Positions 21,818 through 32,392 are shown, counted from the stretch's first letter. The stretch: DNA of 64,000 nt from Candidatus Izemoplasmatales bacterium (GCA_050177605.1 JBFXGX010000005.1:1-64000); one strand, 5' to 3'. The notes: a model not told the origin generated them from the sequence alone. Made by a program: numbers and translations.

Positions 21818-22235
21818 AGATACCACTTCCTTTCAATAAAACTTCACGCGAACCATCTTCAAGTAATGAAATATGGATTTCTAAAAATTCTTTTGGCAAC
21901 ATCTCTAGAATAAAGGGGTACCATTCTATTACAGCAACACCTTTTCCATAGATAAAATCATCAAGTTCATAATCATAGCCTATTCCCTCAAGACGATAGA
22001 CATCCATATGATAAAGTGGTCGTTCGCCTGGATAGACTTTCAAAATCGTAAAAGTTGGTGAATTTACAGTTTCAGTAATTCCTAAATGACGCGCTAAAAA
22101 TTTAGTTAATGTTGTTTTTCCACTTCCTAAATCACCTTCAAGCCCAATAATAGACCCTGGAAAACAGAAAGGGATTAATTTCAGCGCGAATGCATTCATT
22201 TCTTCTAAAGAATGTATTAAATATTTCTTTTCCAT
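21786..22235 (-). CDS. tsaE: t6A biosynthesis ATPase TsaE
   Basis: GDLGSGKTT, SPTF, HMDVYRL, IEW. Confidence 0.95.
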   Translation of the reverse strand: MEKKYLIHSLEEMNAFALKLIPFCFPGSIIGLEGDLGSGKTTLTKFLARHLGITETVNSPTFTILKVYPGERPLYHMDVYRLEGIGYDYELDDFIYGKGVAVIEWYPFILEMLPKEFLEIHISLLEDGSREVLLKGSGIYEEILQTIGN

Positions 22236-22432
22236 CTTTTCACCTTAAAACTCTTTTAATGATGATTAAATTATATCATAAAGTAGCTACTTTATTGCTA
22301 GATTTTAGCCAAACTAATTAAAAAAATATCATCGATTAAGAAGTCATTATATCAAACCAACGAACCTATGTTATAATGTATTTAAGGAGTATAGTACGAT
22401 GAAAAAGTAATGAAGTGCTATAAAAGGATTTC

Positions 22433-23299
22433 ATGTTATTAATTGTCCACAATCCGTTATCAAACAACAGAAAATCTAAAAAAACAACGAATCATTGGGT
22501 AAAATATTTCAAAAAACATCAAGTACCAATTACCGTTCGATCAACACTCAAAATCGATGATTTAAGTATCTATTTAGAAAAACACCCCAATATTAAAGAT
22601 GTATTATATTTAGGTGGCGATGGTTCAATTAACTATCTTGTGAACCAAGTAGATGTGTCTAAAATCAAACAAAATATATATTTAGCGAAAAGTGGCTCCG
22701 GTAATGATTTTTTACGAACATTAAAACAAATAAAAAAGGGAGATATCTCTATTGGTTTAGCGAAAACGAATGTTGGTGAAACACGCTTTATCAATGGTTG
22801 CGGTATTGGATTTGATGCGCTTGTTGGCCATTATGTCAATAACGACACCAAGAAATCAAAAATCTCTTACTTTAAAAATGTATTTAAAGCAGTGTATCGC
22901 TATCAAAAATCCCCTATTGATGTAAGTGTCGATGGAAAAGACTATCATTTTGAAAAAGCGTACTTTATTGCAATTCAAAATGGAAAGTATTTTGGCGGCG
23001 GAATGAAAATCACACCAAAGGGTAATCCCACAAAAGATTCTTTTCAAGTCTGTGTAGCCCACAATTTAAATACAACGATTTTATTAACTTTATTCCCAAC
23101 TATTTATTTTGGCGTTCATCCAAAATTCAAAAAATATATTACGGTTCTTGAAGGAAAAACAATTAAAGTGAAAGTACCGAGTCCAAGATACTTCCAAGCG
23201 GATGGAGAAGTCCTTGAAAATGTTGAAGAAATGATTATCACAAAAGATATGACGAAAGAATTTACAGCCTTCAACAAGTCAGATTATTTAAATCATTAA
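22433..23299 (+). CDS. Diacylglycerol/lipid kinase family protein (YegS/DgkB-like)
   Basis: NP.S, GGDGS, GSGNDF, GIGFDA, NGKYFGGG, QADGE. Confidence 0.88.
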   Translation: MLLIVHNPLSNNRKSKKTTNHWVKYFKKHQVPITVRSTLKIDDLSIYLEKHPNIKDVLYLGGDGSINYLVNQVDVSKIKQNIYLAKSGSGNDFLRTLKQIKKGDISIGLAKTNVGETRFINGCGIGFDALVGHYVNNDTKKSKISYFKNVFKAVYRYQKSPIDVSVDGKDYHFEKAYFIAIQNGKYFGGGMKITPKGNPTKDSFQVCVAHNLNTTILLTLFPTIYFGVHPKFKKYITVLEGKTIKVKVPSPRYFQADGEVLENVEEMIITKDMTKEFTAFNKSDYLNH

Positions 23300-23300
23300 G

Positions 23301-23336
23301 AAAAAAACAACTCAGCCGAGTTGTTTTATTTTTTTT
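23301..23336. terminator. Bidirectional terminator between lipid kinase gene and pgi
   Basis: AAAACAACTC-AGCC-GAGTTGTTTT flanked by A- and T-runs. Confidence 0.75.
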
Positions 23337-24670
23337 TATTGTAGTTTTGCTTCTAGTTTTGCTTTTAATTCTTCGTAACCAGGTTTTCCAAGTAATGCAA
23401 ACATATTTTTCTTGTATGCTTCCACGCCAGGCTGATTAAATGGGTTCACATCTAAAACATAACCACTGATTCCACATGCTAATTCAAAGAAATAGACAAG
23501 GTAACCAAAGGTATAAGCGTTTACGCTGTCAACATTGACAACAATATTTGGGACCCCACCTTCTTGATGAGCTAACAAAGTTCCTTGGAAAGCTTTTTTA
23601 TTGACATAATCCACAGATTTTCCTGCTAAATAGTTTAAACCATCAAGATCAGATGGAGCTTTTTCAATGAACATTTCTTTTTCAGGAGTCAAAACATTTA
23701 AGACTGTTTCAAACATAATACGTTCGCCTTCTTGAATATATTGTCCTAAAGAATGTAAATCCGTAGAAAATGATGCACTTGCGACAAATAATCCCTTATG
23801 ATCTTTTCCTTCAGATTCGCCAAATAATTGTTTCCACCATTCTGTAACATAATGGAACTTAGTTTCATAATCTACAAGCATTTCAACTGATTTTCCATTG
23901 CGATATAAAAGATTTCTCATCGCAACGTATTTTAAAACTTCATTTTCTTCAAGATTATTTTTCTTTGTATCTTTAAGACAGGCTTTTGCGCCTTTCATCA
24001 TCTCTTTGATGTTGATATTCATTGCGGCGATTGGAAGTAATCCAACTGCAGTAAGAACAGAGTATCTACCTCCTACATTATCTGGGACAACAAATGTTTC
24101 ATATCCTTCTTCTGTAGAAAGATTTCTTAAAGCACCTTTTTCTTTATCTGTTGTAACATAGATTCTTTCTTTTGCTTCAACTTTGCCGTATTTTGTTTCA
24201 AGTAAATCCTTGAAAACACGGAATGCGATTGCTGGTTCAGTCGTTGTTCCTGATTTCGAAATAACATTTACAGAAAAATCTTTGTCTTTTACATATTCAA
24301 CCAACTCATTTAAGTAAGTTGAAGACATATTATGTCCAGCAAAAATTACTTCTAATTTTTTCTTTTTTTCGAAATAGGGTGTTAATAAATCTATCGCTGC
24401 TTTCGCTCCAAGATAAGAACCACCAATTCCAATCACGATTAATACTTTTGATTGACGACGAATTTTCTTTGCAGAGTTTAAAATCCTTGCAAATTCTTCT
24501 TTATCATAATCATTCGGTAAGTTTACCCAGCCAAGGAAATCTGAGCCTTCGCCAGACTTGTCAGTTAATGTTTTTTTAGCTGCAAATACTTCTTTTTGAA
24601 TCTTTTTAAGTGCTCCTTCTTGTACGAAAGGAAGCGCGTGTTTTAACTCAACACTGATTACTTTATCCAT
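23336..24670 (-). CDS. pgi: Glucose-6-phosphate isomerase
   Basis: [43 protein letters not shown]. Confidence 0.97.
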   Translation of the reverse strand: MDKVISVELKHALPFVQEGALKKIQKEVFAAKKTLTDKSGEGSDFLGWVNLPNDYDKEEFARILNSAKKIRRQSKVLIVIGIGGSYLGAKAAIDLLTPYFEKKKKLEVIFAGHNMSSTYLNELVEYVKDKDFSVNVISKSGTTTEPAIAFRVFKDLLETKYGKVEAKERIYVTTDKEKGALRNLSTEEGYETFVVPDNVGGRYSVLTAVGLLPIAAMNINIKEMMKGAKACLKDTKKNNLEENEVLKYVAMRNLLYRNGKSVEMLVDYETKFHYVTEWWKQLFGESEGKDHKGLFVASASFSTDLHSLGQYIQEGERIMFETVLNVLTPEKEMFIEKAPSDLDGLNYLAGKSVDYVNKKAFQGTLLAHQEGGVPNIVVNVDSVNAYTFGYLVYFFELACGISGYVLDVNPFNQPGVEAYKKNMFALLGKPGYEELKAKLEAKLQ

Positions 24671-24699
24671 AAAATACCTCCATTATTAGACCAAACGTT

Positions 24700-24708
24700 A
24701 TTATATCA
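24700..24708 (-). promoter_or_regulatory. Extended -10 promoter for pgi
   Basis: TGATATAAT about 30 nt upstream of the start; GGAGG RBS. Confidence 0.55.
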
Positions 24709-24761
24709 CAAACTAAAACAACATCAAAGGAATATTGCTGAAGTTTTGAAAGAAAAAACGG

Positions 24762-25100
24762 CTAGGATTTCCCGCCGTTCTTCTGATATTTTTCAATCCA
24801 TTGTGGTAACATCGTTTCAAACGGTTTAAATCCAGCTTGAAGCTCAACTTCCACATACTTTTTGCGTCTTTTTTTGTTTGTTCGTTTGAAGCTAAGGCTT
24901 ACTTTGCCATCTTCTCCGACACTGATTACTTCTAAAGACACGGTTTCGCCAACGCTAACAAAGTCTTCAATACTCCTAACAAACCCATCGCTGAACTCAC
25001 TAATATGAATAAGTCCATCAGTTTCATTCTCAAGTTTTACAAACGCTCCATAGGGTTTGATTCCAGTAATCCGACCTTTGACGATGTCTCCTTGATTCAT
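24762..25100 (-). CDS. S1-domain RNA-binding protein (YugI/GSP13/CvfD family)
   Basis: GRITGIKPYGAFV, GLIHISE, C-terminal GF....LPQWI; next to pgi as in Bacillus; ATG after GAGGTG. Confidence 0.88.
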   Translation of the reverse strand: MNQGDIVKGRITGIKPYGAFVKLENETDGLIHISEFSDGFVRSIEDFVSVGETVSLEVISVGEDGKVSLSFKRTNKKRRKKYVEVELQAGFKPFETMLPQWIEKYQKNGGKS

Positions 25101-25167
25101 ACATAACACCTCACATAGATTACTGACTTTATTATACCATAAATGAGCTATTTTCGAAAGCAAAGAA

Positions 25168-25197
25168 GAAAAAAAGATATGAACGAGTCATATCTTT
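25168..25197 (-). terminator. Intrinsic terminator
   Basis: AAAGATATGA-CTCGT-TCATATCTTT plus T-run. Confidence 0.65.
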
Positions 25198-25212
25198 AAA
25201 TGTTTATAAAAA

Positions 25213-25710
25213 TTATTGTTGAGAATTATGCGCAACACTACTAGCTGCAGCTGCTGCTATCGCACCGATAATGTCATCTAAGAAAGTATGGCATTTGTCT
25301 GTTTCTTTACCTAACTGATCTAACTTACCAATAATTCCTGGCTTAACCTTATCTACATACCCAAAATTCGTTAATCCAATTGATCCATATACATTGCAAA
25401 TTGATAGCACTAATATTTCATCAATACCATATAGTGGATTATCAGAGTCAATCAATGTTTGTAATGGTTCGGATAATAATTTTTTTTCTGCCAACACATC
25501 AAGTTCAATTCCAGTCAAAATCGCATTGTGAACTTCTCTTTTCGATAAAACACGATCCACTGCTTCAGCACAAGTGTCGATTGTCAAATCTGGAATATAT
25601 TTTTTTTGTAATCCATAAACAATTTCGGCAATATCACTCAGCTCTACCCCGCGATTTCGAATCGATTTAATACAGATTTCTTTCATTTCTACCGTTTTAA
25701 TTCCTACCAT
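25213..25710 (-). CDS. pgpA: Phosphatidylglycerophosphatase A family (YutG-like)
   Basis: YGIDE, YGSIGLTNFGYVDK.KPGII, FLDDIIGAIAAAA. Confidence 0.88.
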   Translation of the reverse strand: MVGIKTVEMKEICIKSIRNRGVELSDIAEIVYGLQKKYIPDLTIDTCAEAVDRVLSKREVHNAILTGIELDVLAEKKLLSEPLQTLIDSDNPLYGIDEILVLSICNVYGSIGLTNFGYVDKVKPGIIGKLDQLGKETDKCHTFLDDIIGAIAAAAASSVAHNSQQ

Positions 25711-25940
25711 GTTTGTTCTACTCCTATTACGCCTGGCACTCTTTCAAGTAAAGTGTCTTCTACCAGTTCTCTCAATGTGCTTTCAACACCGCCACATCCA
25801 ACGCATGCTCCCATGAGTTGAACATAAACGATGCCATCTTCGAATCGAATGAATTCGATGTCGCCGCCATCTCTTCTAATATATGGTTTGATTAGATTAA
25901 TTACTTCTTTGATTTCAACAAGTATTTCATCATATGTCAT
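25704..25940 (-). CDS. NifU/Nfu-type Fe-S cluster carrier (YutI-like)
   Basis: PYIRRDGGDIE, GACVGC. Confidence 0.9.
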   Translation of the reverse strand: MTYDEILVEIKEVINLIKPYIRRDGGDIEFIRFEDGIVYVQLMGACVGCGGVESTLRELVEDTLLERVPGVIGVEQTW

Positions 25941-25955
25941 TTTCGTTTCCCTACC

Positions 25956-26240
25956 TTATTCATCTCTTTTTTTGTTTGGATCGAAATGTGGGTTTTTCAA
26001 GATGAAATAAGCACAATTCATCGGACATGATTCGACTAAATAATCCGGAATGAATTTATATGAATTTGTTTTTCCGTTTTTTGTAAAACCTTTTAATCTT
26101 AAGATGCCTGCGGAATAGTCACCAACGATATAAGGATAAATATCAAAGGCATCGGTATATCTTTTATTAAAGTCATCTAAAATAAAAGCGTCACGATAAT
26201 CTTTGATCATTTCAAAATCTCCATGGATGGTATCAATCAT
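25956..26240 (-). CDS. YutD/DUF1027 family protein
   Basis: YIVGD....LRLKGF, DYLVESC...CAYFIL. Confidence 0.85.
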   Translation of the reverse strand: MIDTIHGDFEMIKDYRDAFILDDFNKRYTDAFDIYPYIVGDYSAGILRLKGFTKNGKTNSYKFIPDYLVESCPMNCAYFILKNPHFDPNKKRDE

Positions 26241-26311
26241 GTTCTCATCTCCTCAGCATATCTATTGTATCATAAAACAACGAAAATCAAGTAATTTATG
26301 TCTTTTAAATA

Positions 26312-26340
26312 AAAGAAAAGGAGTCCATTGATGGATTCCT
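26312..26340 (-). terminator. ispF terminator
   Basis: AGGAATCCAT-CA-ATGGACTCCT followed by TTTCTTTT. Confidence 0.65.
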
Positions 26341-26826
26341 CTAATAAATCAATTCATGTTCTAACAAACAGATTGCTTCACATATAATCGCTTGCTCGGT
26401 TCCAACAATTCCTAGTCCCTCAAATGTCGTTGCTTTGATGGATATCTTTGAAACATCTTCTTCAAATATCGCCGCGATATGATTTCTCATATCATCGACA
26501 TAATCTCTTAGTTTTGGTTTTTCTAAGGATACCATGCAATCTAGATTTACCAAATAATATCCTTTGCCTTTAGCGTAATCTACCACTTCTCGTAATATTT
26601 TACTAGAATCGTAATCTTTAAACCTAGGATCAGTGTCAGGGAAATATTTACCTAAATCACCTAAAGCTAGGGCCCCTAGAATTGATTCTGCAATTGCATG
26701 TAACAAACAATCCGCATCCGAATGTCCAAAAGGACCTTTTGGATGGTCGATTAATACACCGCCTAAAATAAATGGTCTTCCTTCTACTAAAGGATGGACA
26801 TCTTTTGAGAAACCTATTTTGTACAT
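26341..26826 (-). CDS. ispF: 2-C-methyl-D-erythritol 2,4-cyclodiphosphate synthase
   Basis: DVH, GHSDAD, GDLGKYFPDTD, KATT.E. Confidence 0.95.
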   Translation of the reverse strand: MYKIGFSKDVHPLVEGRPFILGGVLIDHPKGPFGHSDADCLLHAIAESILGALALGDLGKYFPDTDPRFKDYDSSKILREVVDYAKGKGYYLVNLDCMVSLEKPKLRDYVDDMRNHIAAIFEEDVSKISIKATTFEGLGIVGTEQAIICEAICLLEHELIY

Positions 26827-27476
26827 AATATTTCCTCCAAAATCATTAGATCAACTTGTGTTGTTGCCTTTATATTATATTCGTCCCCCATCACCACATA
26901 AACATCTTGATGAAGTTCTTCTTTATATAGTGTAGCATCATCTGTATACTCATGATGATTGTTGAAAGCCAATTTGTGGGCACGGATAATATCCTCTGTA
27001 AAAAAAGCTTGCGGCGTTTGAAGCGACACTGTATTTTCTCTTGGAACAGTGTTTCCAAGTAGCTGATGTTCAACGGTCTTTAGTGTATCCTTCACTGGGA
27101 TACCTAAGGTGATTGCTTTATGCTTTTTAACTTCATCGATACATTTATTCAATAATAATGGGTGAAGATTAGGTCTAGCACCATCATGGATAATCGTAAT
27201 ATCAGATGATACTTGATGTAACCCATTCATCACACTTTCTTGTCTTGTGGCGCCGCCAAGGACAAGCATCACTTTTTCAGAAAACACTTTTTCATTCATT
27301 TCAGAAAAATCGTGACTTGAAACAACCAAAATGATTTTATCACATTCGAGGTCATTTTCGAAGGGGAGTAATGTAAAATCTATTAAAGATTTACCTCCAA
27401 AATTATAAAAAACCTTATTGAAGCCTAGATTTGACCTTGTACCTTTACCAGCAGCCACAATAACAGCTGTATACAT
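26814..27476 (-). CDS. ispD: 2-C-methyl-D-erythritol 4-phosphate cytidylyltransferase
   Basis: AAGKGTR, GGATRQESV, IHDGARP, QTPQAF, TDD; overlaps ispF. Confidence 0.95.
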   Translation of the reverse strand: MYTAVIVAAGKGTRSNLGFNKVFYNFGGKSLIDFTLLPFENDLECDKIILVVSSHDFSEMNEKVFSEKVMLVLGGATRQESVMNGLHQVSSDITIIHDGARPNLHPLLLNKCIDEVKKHKAITLGIPVKDTLKTVEHQLLGNTVPRENTVSLQTPQAFFTEDIIRAHKLAFNNHHEYTDDATLYKEELHQDVYVVMGDEYNIKATTQVDLMILEEILCTK

Positions 27477-27478
27477 AT

Positions 27479-28009
27479 CTATTCCTCCTCGCTAACGAGT
27501 TCATCAAGAAGCGTATCAAATTCACTTAATTCAAATGCATCAATTCTTTGAAATCCATACATAACTCCAATTTTTTTTACTGAAATGTCTTTCAAATACT
27601 TATCGTAAAATCCTTTGCCATATCCAATCCTGCCACCTTCATTCGAAAACGCGACACCAGGGACTAGAAACAAGTCAATATCATGGCCTGAAACATACTT
27701 CCCTGTTGGTTCGTGAATTCCAAATGCAGATATTTCATAGGTTTCTCCTGGCTCAAAAAAATCCATCATTGATGTAGGAAAACTAATGACTTTAGGAAAA
27801 CAAAATATTTTATCATCTTTTAGTAAATCAAGTAAATCAACTTCTTGATTCATTGGATAGTAAATGGCAACGATTTTCGCTGTTTTATAACTAGGCAATG
27901 CACGAATATTATCAACAATTTTTTTTGATAATTGTTGAACCTCTTCATTCGTTAATGCTTTTCTCTTTCGAATAAATTCTTGTCTAATTGATTCTTTACT
28001 AAAACTCAT
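27479..28009 (-). CDS. 5-formyltetrahydrofolate cyclo-ligase
   Basis: FGIHEP, DLFLVPGVAF...GGRIGYGKGFYDKYL. Confidence 0.93.
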   Translation of the reverse strand: MSFSKESIRQEFIRKRKALTNEEVQQLSKKIVDNIRALPSYKTAKIVAIYYPMNQEVDLLDLLKDDKIFCFPKVISFPTSMMDFFEPGETYEISAFGIHEPTGKYVSGHDIDLFLVPGVAFSNEGGRIGYGKGFYDKYLKDISVKKIGVMYGFQRIDAFELSEFDTLLDELVSEEE

Positions 28010-29181
28010 TATTCCCCAAATATTGCGTAATTCTTTTTAATATTTGTGATTGCTTCATTTAATGCTTTATTCGAAAGATTGATTAGTTCATTCATAGAAT
28101 AGTTAGACCAAGGGTCCCTTTTAACAATTCCTAAGTTAGGATAAATAACTTGTTGGATTCCACCTATCGCAAGTGAAAGATTGATTAAATCTCCTCCACT
28201 TTGAAGTGCTCTTAACAAGACTTCGTATTTTCGTTGCTCTTTAATGATTAATGCAAATTGGATTCCTGTTATTCTAAAGATCGAATTGATATCTTTCGCA
28301 AAATGATATCTCATCTTTTTGATATATTCCGCAATCATTAAGTTCCCAACTTCTCTTCCGAAACGACTATTGATATCTGGAATATTTGTTAAATGGATCA
28401 TCACGACATAGAACGGTTCGGTCTCTTTCATGATTTGGTTTAAATATTGGAATAATTGTGGTTCTTGTGGAAGCGAATCAATCTCATGAATACTCGTTTC
28501 AGGAAATAGCTTTAAATCAATTCCTTTAATCGTCGAAATCAACTGTGTCTTCTTCTCAAACTCGAAAACTTTCACAGTTTCCATCACCCAAACATAAATT
28601 CCTGATTTTAATACGCGATACTTCATTTCAAAACTCGGATTTTTTTTACTAGCTTTTCGAATATTTTGCAAATACGCACTTTGATCATCTTTATGGATTA
28701 AAGAAGCGTATTCTTCTAAAGATAAATTATTTTTCTTCGTGCCAGTAATTTCCAAAAATTGATCCGTCGCAAATAGTCCATGAAGATCTTCATCATAAAA
28801 AATAAGTCCGACCGGTAACAGCGAAATTGTGGAAATATATCTTAGTCTTAATAATTCAGATGATGACTTAATTTCATCTAGCTCTTTTTCTAACTCAAAG
28901 AAATCATAATCCGTTAAGTTTTGGGTTATTTTAATTTTGTTTTTAAATGTTAACGCAAAAAGTAACACACTAACGAATAAACCATAAGGAAAATAGCTTT
29001 CAACGACAGCCGTATCCACAAAGGTAATCAGCGCTTGAAAGTAAGTTAACACAACATAAACTCCAATCATAAGAAAGGAAATTACAAACTTCCACCATTT
29101 AAATGCTTTATAAAATAATCCGCTTAAGATTGGTAACAAAAGTATCAATCCAAGGGAAGAATAAATTAGATATTCGTTCAA
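28009..29181 (-). CDS. Membrane protein with PAS domain and degenerate GGDEF domain
   Basis: 3 TM helices, coiled coil, PAS/PAC (IHKDD...YRV...G.YVW), GGDEF-like fold with RITGIQF in place of RxGGDEF; probable TTG start. Confidence 0.75.
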   Translation of the reverse strand: MNEYLIYSSLGLILLLPILSGLFYKAFKWWKFVISFLMIGVYVVLTYFQALITFVDTAVVESYFPYGLFVSVLLFALTFKNKIKITQNLTDYDFFELEKELDEIKSSSELLRLRYISTISLLPVGLIFYDEDLHGLFATDQFLEITGTKKNNLSLEEYASLIHKDDQSAYLQNIRKASKKNPSFEMKYRVLKSGIYVWVMETVKVFEFEKKTQLISTIKGIDLKLFPETSIHEIDSLPQEPQLFQYLNQIMKETEPFYVVMIHLTNIPDINSRFGREVGNLMIAEYIKKMRYHFAKDINSIFRITGIQFALIIKEQRKYEVLLRALQSGGDLINLSLAIGGIQQVIYPNLGIVKRDPWSNYSMNELINLSNKALNEAITNIKKNYAIFGE

Positions 29182-29202
29182 GAATGTCCACCCTTTCTTT
29201 GA

Positions 29203-31554
29203 TTAATTTTTGATATTTGTTTTTACATAAAGTACCGGATAATAATAACTTAGAAAAATACCTAAAAAGATAAAATTATATAACACAGAAACATATCTTT
29301 CTCCCGAAACAAACGTCATTACGAAAATGCCAAGGAAGACAAGTGCCCACAAGAATGTTAACCCATTATTGATAACTCTAAACAAAATGCTATGTGCATA
29401 ATCTTCTTTGAAATCATATCGATGAAAATCGTATACCACTGGAAAATTCAAAGCCCAAGAGATGAAAAATGTTGATCCCATCACAATTAAATAAGGGCTG
29501 TCTGTGTAGATATATCGAAAGCCAGGCAAGAATATTCGCAACATTATAAAAACAAAGTACGTTGCCAACAAGAATATTTCAAACCAAGTAATCTTTAAAT
29601 AGAGTCGATATCTAAAATAGATGCCAATGCCACTAATGAATAGTGCTGGCGGCATTAACCATATTGGGTCAATATAATTTGTTAAGAATGAAGCCCCACC
29701 ATAAACGAGCAGATAAGCAAATAAAAACTTGATACCTAGAAAATAGATTTTATGTTTTTGATACTCCGTGCTTGAGTATTCTTGGAAATCATCTAGTCCA
29801 AAATTATTGACCACTTCATAAAGTGTATCCATATTCCCTAAATATCGAAAACTCCCTGATTTTAGTACTTCAGTAAAGGTTGTCTTCTTCAGCAATAAAT
29901 TAGATAATTTATCGTTCGTAGAATAAATCGTGACATCTGCGTCTTGATACACACCGCGGTGAATCGTGATATTTTTCTTTTTAGTACGAACAAAATAGTC
30001 GCTTTTCCCAATATGAAAATTGATATGTCTTTCTTTATTGTTAAATTCCGAAGGTTGATAATTATGACGAATCATCATCATAATTTCATCGTTAGTAAGA
30101 TAATAAAAAGAATCATCATCTTCCCCATAGTATAATCTTTCTTCAATTTTATCCGCAAGAACAATACCAGAGTGGAGCCATCCAAACATAGATGCTTCAG
30201 GTCTTAACCATTTTCCTACGACATATAGATTATCAAATAACTGTGTATGTTCTCCTGATTCAATTGAAATTTGATCATTAATAGACAATCCTTTTCGAAC
30301 AGATTCTTCACTTAACATAGACAAATATCTTTTTGGTTTTCCAAGTTTTGTACCGACAACTGTTTTCTTCATTTTTGGAAAAACATCATAAAGTCGTTTT
30401 AAAATTTCATCAACGGCAAATGGTGATTCCTCATCATAACAAAAATCAAGACATAATGCACTATGACTTGCAAGGCAAACATCTTTATCAAATTTTTGAT
30501 AATTAAATAAACGAATCAGTCGATGTGAATCATCATAATTATTTTTAAAGAAGTAATTAAGTTCATCAATTCCTATAGCGGCTGCTTTTTGATTTAGCGC
30601 CAAATACAACGTATTGATGTATGTTGTGGTTTTGATATTTGGATAGTACTGTTCTAAATGTACAATTTCTTCTTTTTTCTCCGGAAAATGTAACGTATAA
30701 AAATCAACAGGGTCACTTTGAACCACGAGATACTTAGCGCGATATTCTTTCTTATCATCCGAAACAAATCCAACCACTTTATTCTGGTCATCCTTAATAT
30801 AATGATGAACTTTGGCGCTCATTAGCATCTTAGGATTGATAATCGTTAATTTTTCTTTAAGTGCTTTTTCAATTTCGATTGAATTTTGATCCAAATAAAC
30901 CCAACCATCTTTTAAACCTAAAAAGAAATTCATAAAGAAATTATAACTATTTATTTTCGATGGTGAGATTCCATTGATAGGACTATTCAATAAAAATTCT
31001 TCAATCAGTCGACCATCATTAAAGTATTTACTTAATAAATCCAGAAGCGAATAGTCTCCCCACTCAATCATTAAGCTTGTTAATGTATAATCCGTATTTT
31101 TAAGCATTGCTGTATATTGTGTAACGTAATTTTGATAATGTCGATCTAAATCGTTAAAAAAACGATGAATATGATCTCGTTGTTTTGGATAATACCTTAC
31201 TAGATAAGTTCGATATTGATCAAATGAAAGAATTCTCTCTCTCATCGATTGGTTTAAATCGATGATCATATCTTTTTCATAGGTTGCCTTATGTGATTTT
31301 AACTCTAGCCCAATCGTCTTCAAATATTTTGAAATCAAAGATCCCTCTTCAAAAGCAGGAAACAACGAATTTCTTTGATACTCGAAATGATATTTACGGT
31401 TCTCAGGATCAGTAATTGTCATCACTTCGAAATCGTCTTCTTTATACTCTTCATTCACGACAACAAGGACATTTCTCATTTTACGAGCTAAAAACAATGC
31501 CGTGGTTAAAGAAAAGATGTCTTCACCAATAACAATACAATCGAATTGTTCCAA
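29203..31554 (-). CDS. Fusion of a phytoene-desaturase/FAD-oxidoreductase-like domain, SCP2 lipid-binding domain and C-terminal membrane domain
   Basis: N-terminal FDCIVIGEDIFSLTTALFLA Rossmann-like start; NLYVVG..L.P..S..G...SG C-terminal CrtI-like motif; SCP2-like ADVTI...L...V..G.FR..G; about 5-6 TM helices. Confidence 0.7.
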   Translation of the reverse strand: MEQFDCIVIGEDIFSLTTALFLARKMRNVLVVVNEEYKEDDFEVMTITDPENRKYHFEYQRNSLFPAFEEGSLISKYLKTIGLELKSHKATYEKDMIIDLNQSMRERILSFDQYRTYLVRYYPKQRDHIHRFFNDLDRHYQNYVTQYTAMLKNTDYTLTSLMIEWGDYSLLDLLSKYFNDGRLIEEFLLNSPINGISPSKINSYNFFMNFFLGLKDGWVYLDQNSIEIEKALKEKLTIINPKMLMSAKVHHYIKDDQNKVVGFVSDDKKEYRAKYLVVQSDPVDFYTLHFPEKKEEIVHLEQYYPNIKTTTYINTLYLALNQKAAAIGIDELNYFFKNNYDDSHRLIRLFNYQKFDKDVCLASHSALCLDFCYDEESPFAVDEILKRLYDVFPKMKKTVVGTKLGKPKRYLSMLSEESVRKGLSINDQISIESGEHTQLFDNLYVVGKWLRPEASMFGWLHSGIVLADKIEERLYYGEDDDSFYYLTNDEIMMMIRHNYQPSEFNNKERHINFHIGKSDYFVRTKKKNITIHRGVYQDADVTIYSTNDKLSNLLLKKTTFTEVLKSGSFRYLGNMDTLYEVVNNFGLDDFQEYSSTEYQKHKIYFLGIKFLFAYLLVYGGASFLTNYIDPIWLMPPALFISGIGIYFRYRLYLKITWFEIFLLATYFVFIMLRIFLPGFRYIYTDSPYLIVMGSTFFISWALNFPVVYDFHRYDFKEDYAHSILFRVINNGLTFLWALVFLGIFVMTFVSGERYVSVLYNFIFLGIFLSYYYPVLYVKTNIKN

Positions 31555-31624
31555 AATATCACCTCAATTCTATCTTTGATTACATCAAATTATATCACAT
31601 AAATTCTAAAAATACTATGAATCA

Positions 31625-31650
31625 AAAAAGAAAAAGTGCCGAAGCACTTT
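31625..31650 (-). terminator. dacA terminator
   Basis: AAAGTGC-TTCG-GCACTTT (UUCG loop) plus T-run. Confidence 0.75.
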
Positions 31651-32392
31651 ACTTAATTTTAAGGTATTTTTCGAAATATAACGACATTGTTTCCTTCGAT
31701 ACATTGTAGTCAATTTGGCGATTTATCGTTACACTAACATGTCCTGTCTCTTCAGATACTACAATCGTTAATGCATCGCTTTGCTCGCTAATTCCAATTG
31801 CGGCGCGATGTCTAGTTCCAAATTGAAGCGGTAAGTCGGTTCTTTCCGTAGAGGGATAATAAGCTTTTGCACAAAGGATATTTCCTTCTCGAATAATTAC
31901 GGCTCCATCATGAAGTGGCGTAGTAGGAATGAAAATCGAAGCAAGTAATTCTGAAGTCACTGGGGCATTAATCATCAACGCCTTTGAAATAAATGCAGAT
32001 AAATTAATATTTCTTTCGATTGTAATCAATGCACCAATTTTACGGTTGGCAAGAAACTCGATTGTATCCAATAACTTATCAGCTAAATCATTATCCGTTT
32101 GGTTTTTTTGTCCCTTTTTGTGAAAAAAACCAATTCTCTTTAATAGCGTATGTAATTCATTCACATAGGTTGCAAAAACCATATAAAGTGCAGGAACAAG
32201 GACAACAATCTCGGTCGCAAGTGTAAGTCCAGTACCTGGGTTCATAACAAATAAAACAATATCAAGCGCAAATAAAGCAAGTAATAATCCTTTAAAAATT
32301 CGGATTGATTTGTGTGATATTTTAGCTCTTAAAACGATGACATAGATTGCAAACAAATAGGTAGCAGATACGCTTAAAATAAAATTATCCAT
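31649..32392 (-). CDS. dacA: Membrane diadenylate cyclase (CdaA/DacA)
   Basis: 3 N-terminal TM helices; GALI, PLHDGAV, GTRHRAA, VSEETG. Confidence 0.92.
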   Translation of the reverse strand: MDNFILSVSATYLFAIYVIVLRAKISHKSIRIFKGLLLALFALDIVLFVMNPGTGLTLATEIVVLVPALYMVFATYVNELHTLLKRIGFFHKKGQKNQTDNDLADKLLDTIEFLANRKIGALITIERNINLSAFISKALMINAPVTSELLASIFIPTTPLHDGAVIIREGNILCAKAYYPSTERTDLPLQFGTRHRAAIGISEQSDALTIVVSEETGHVSVTINRQIDYNVSKETMSLYFEKYLKIK

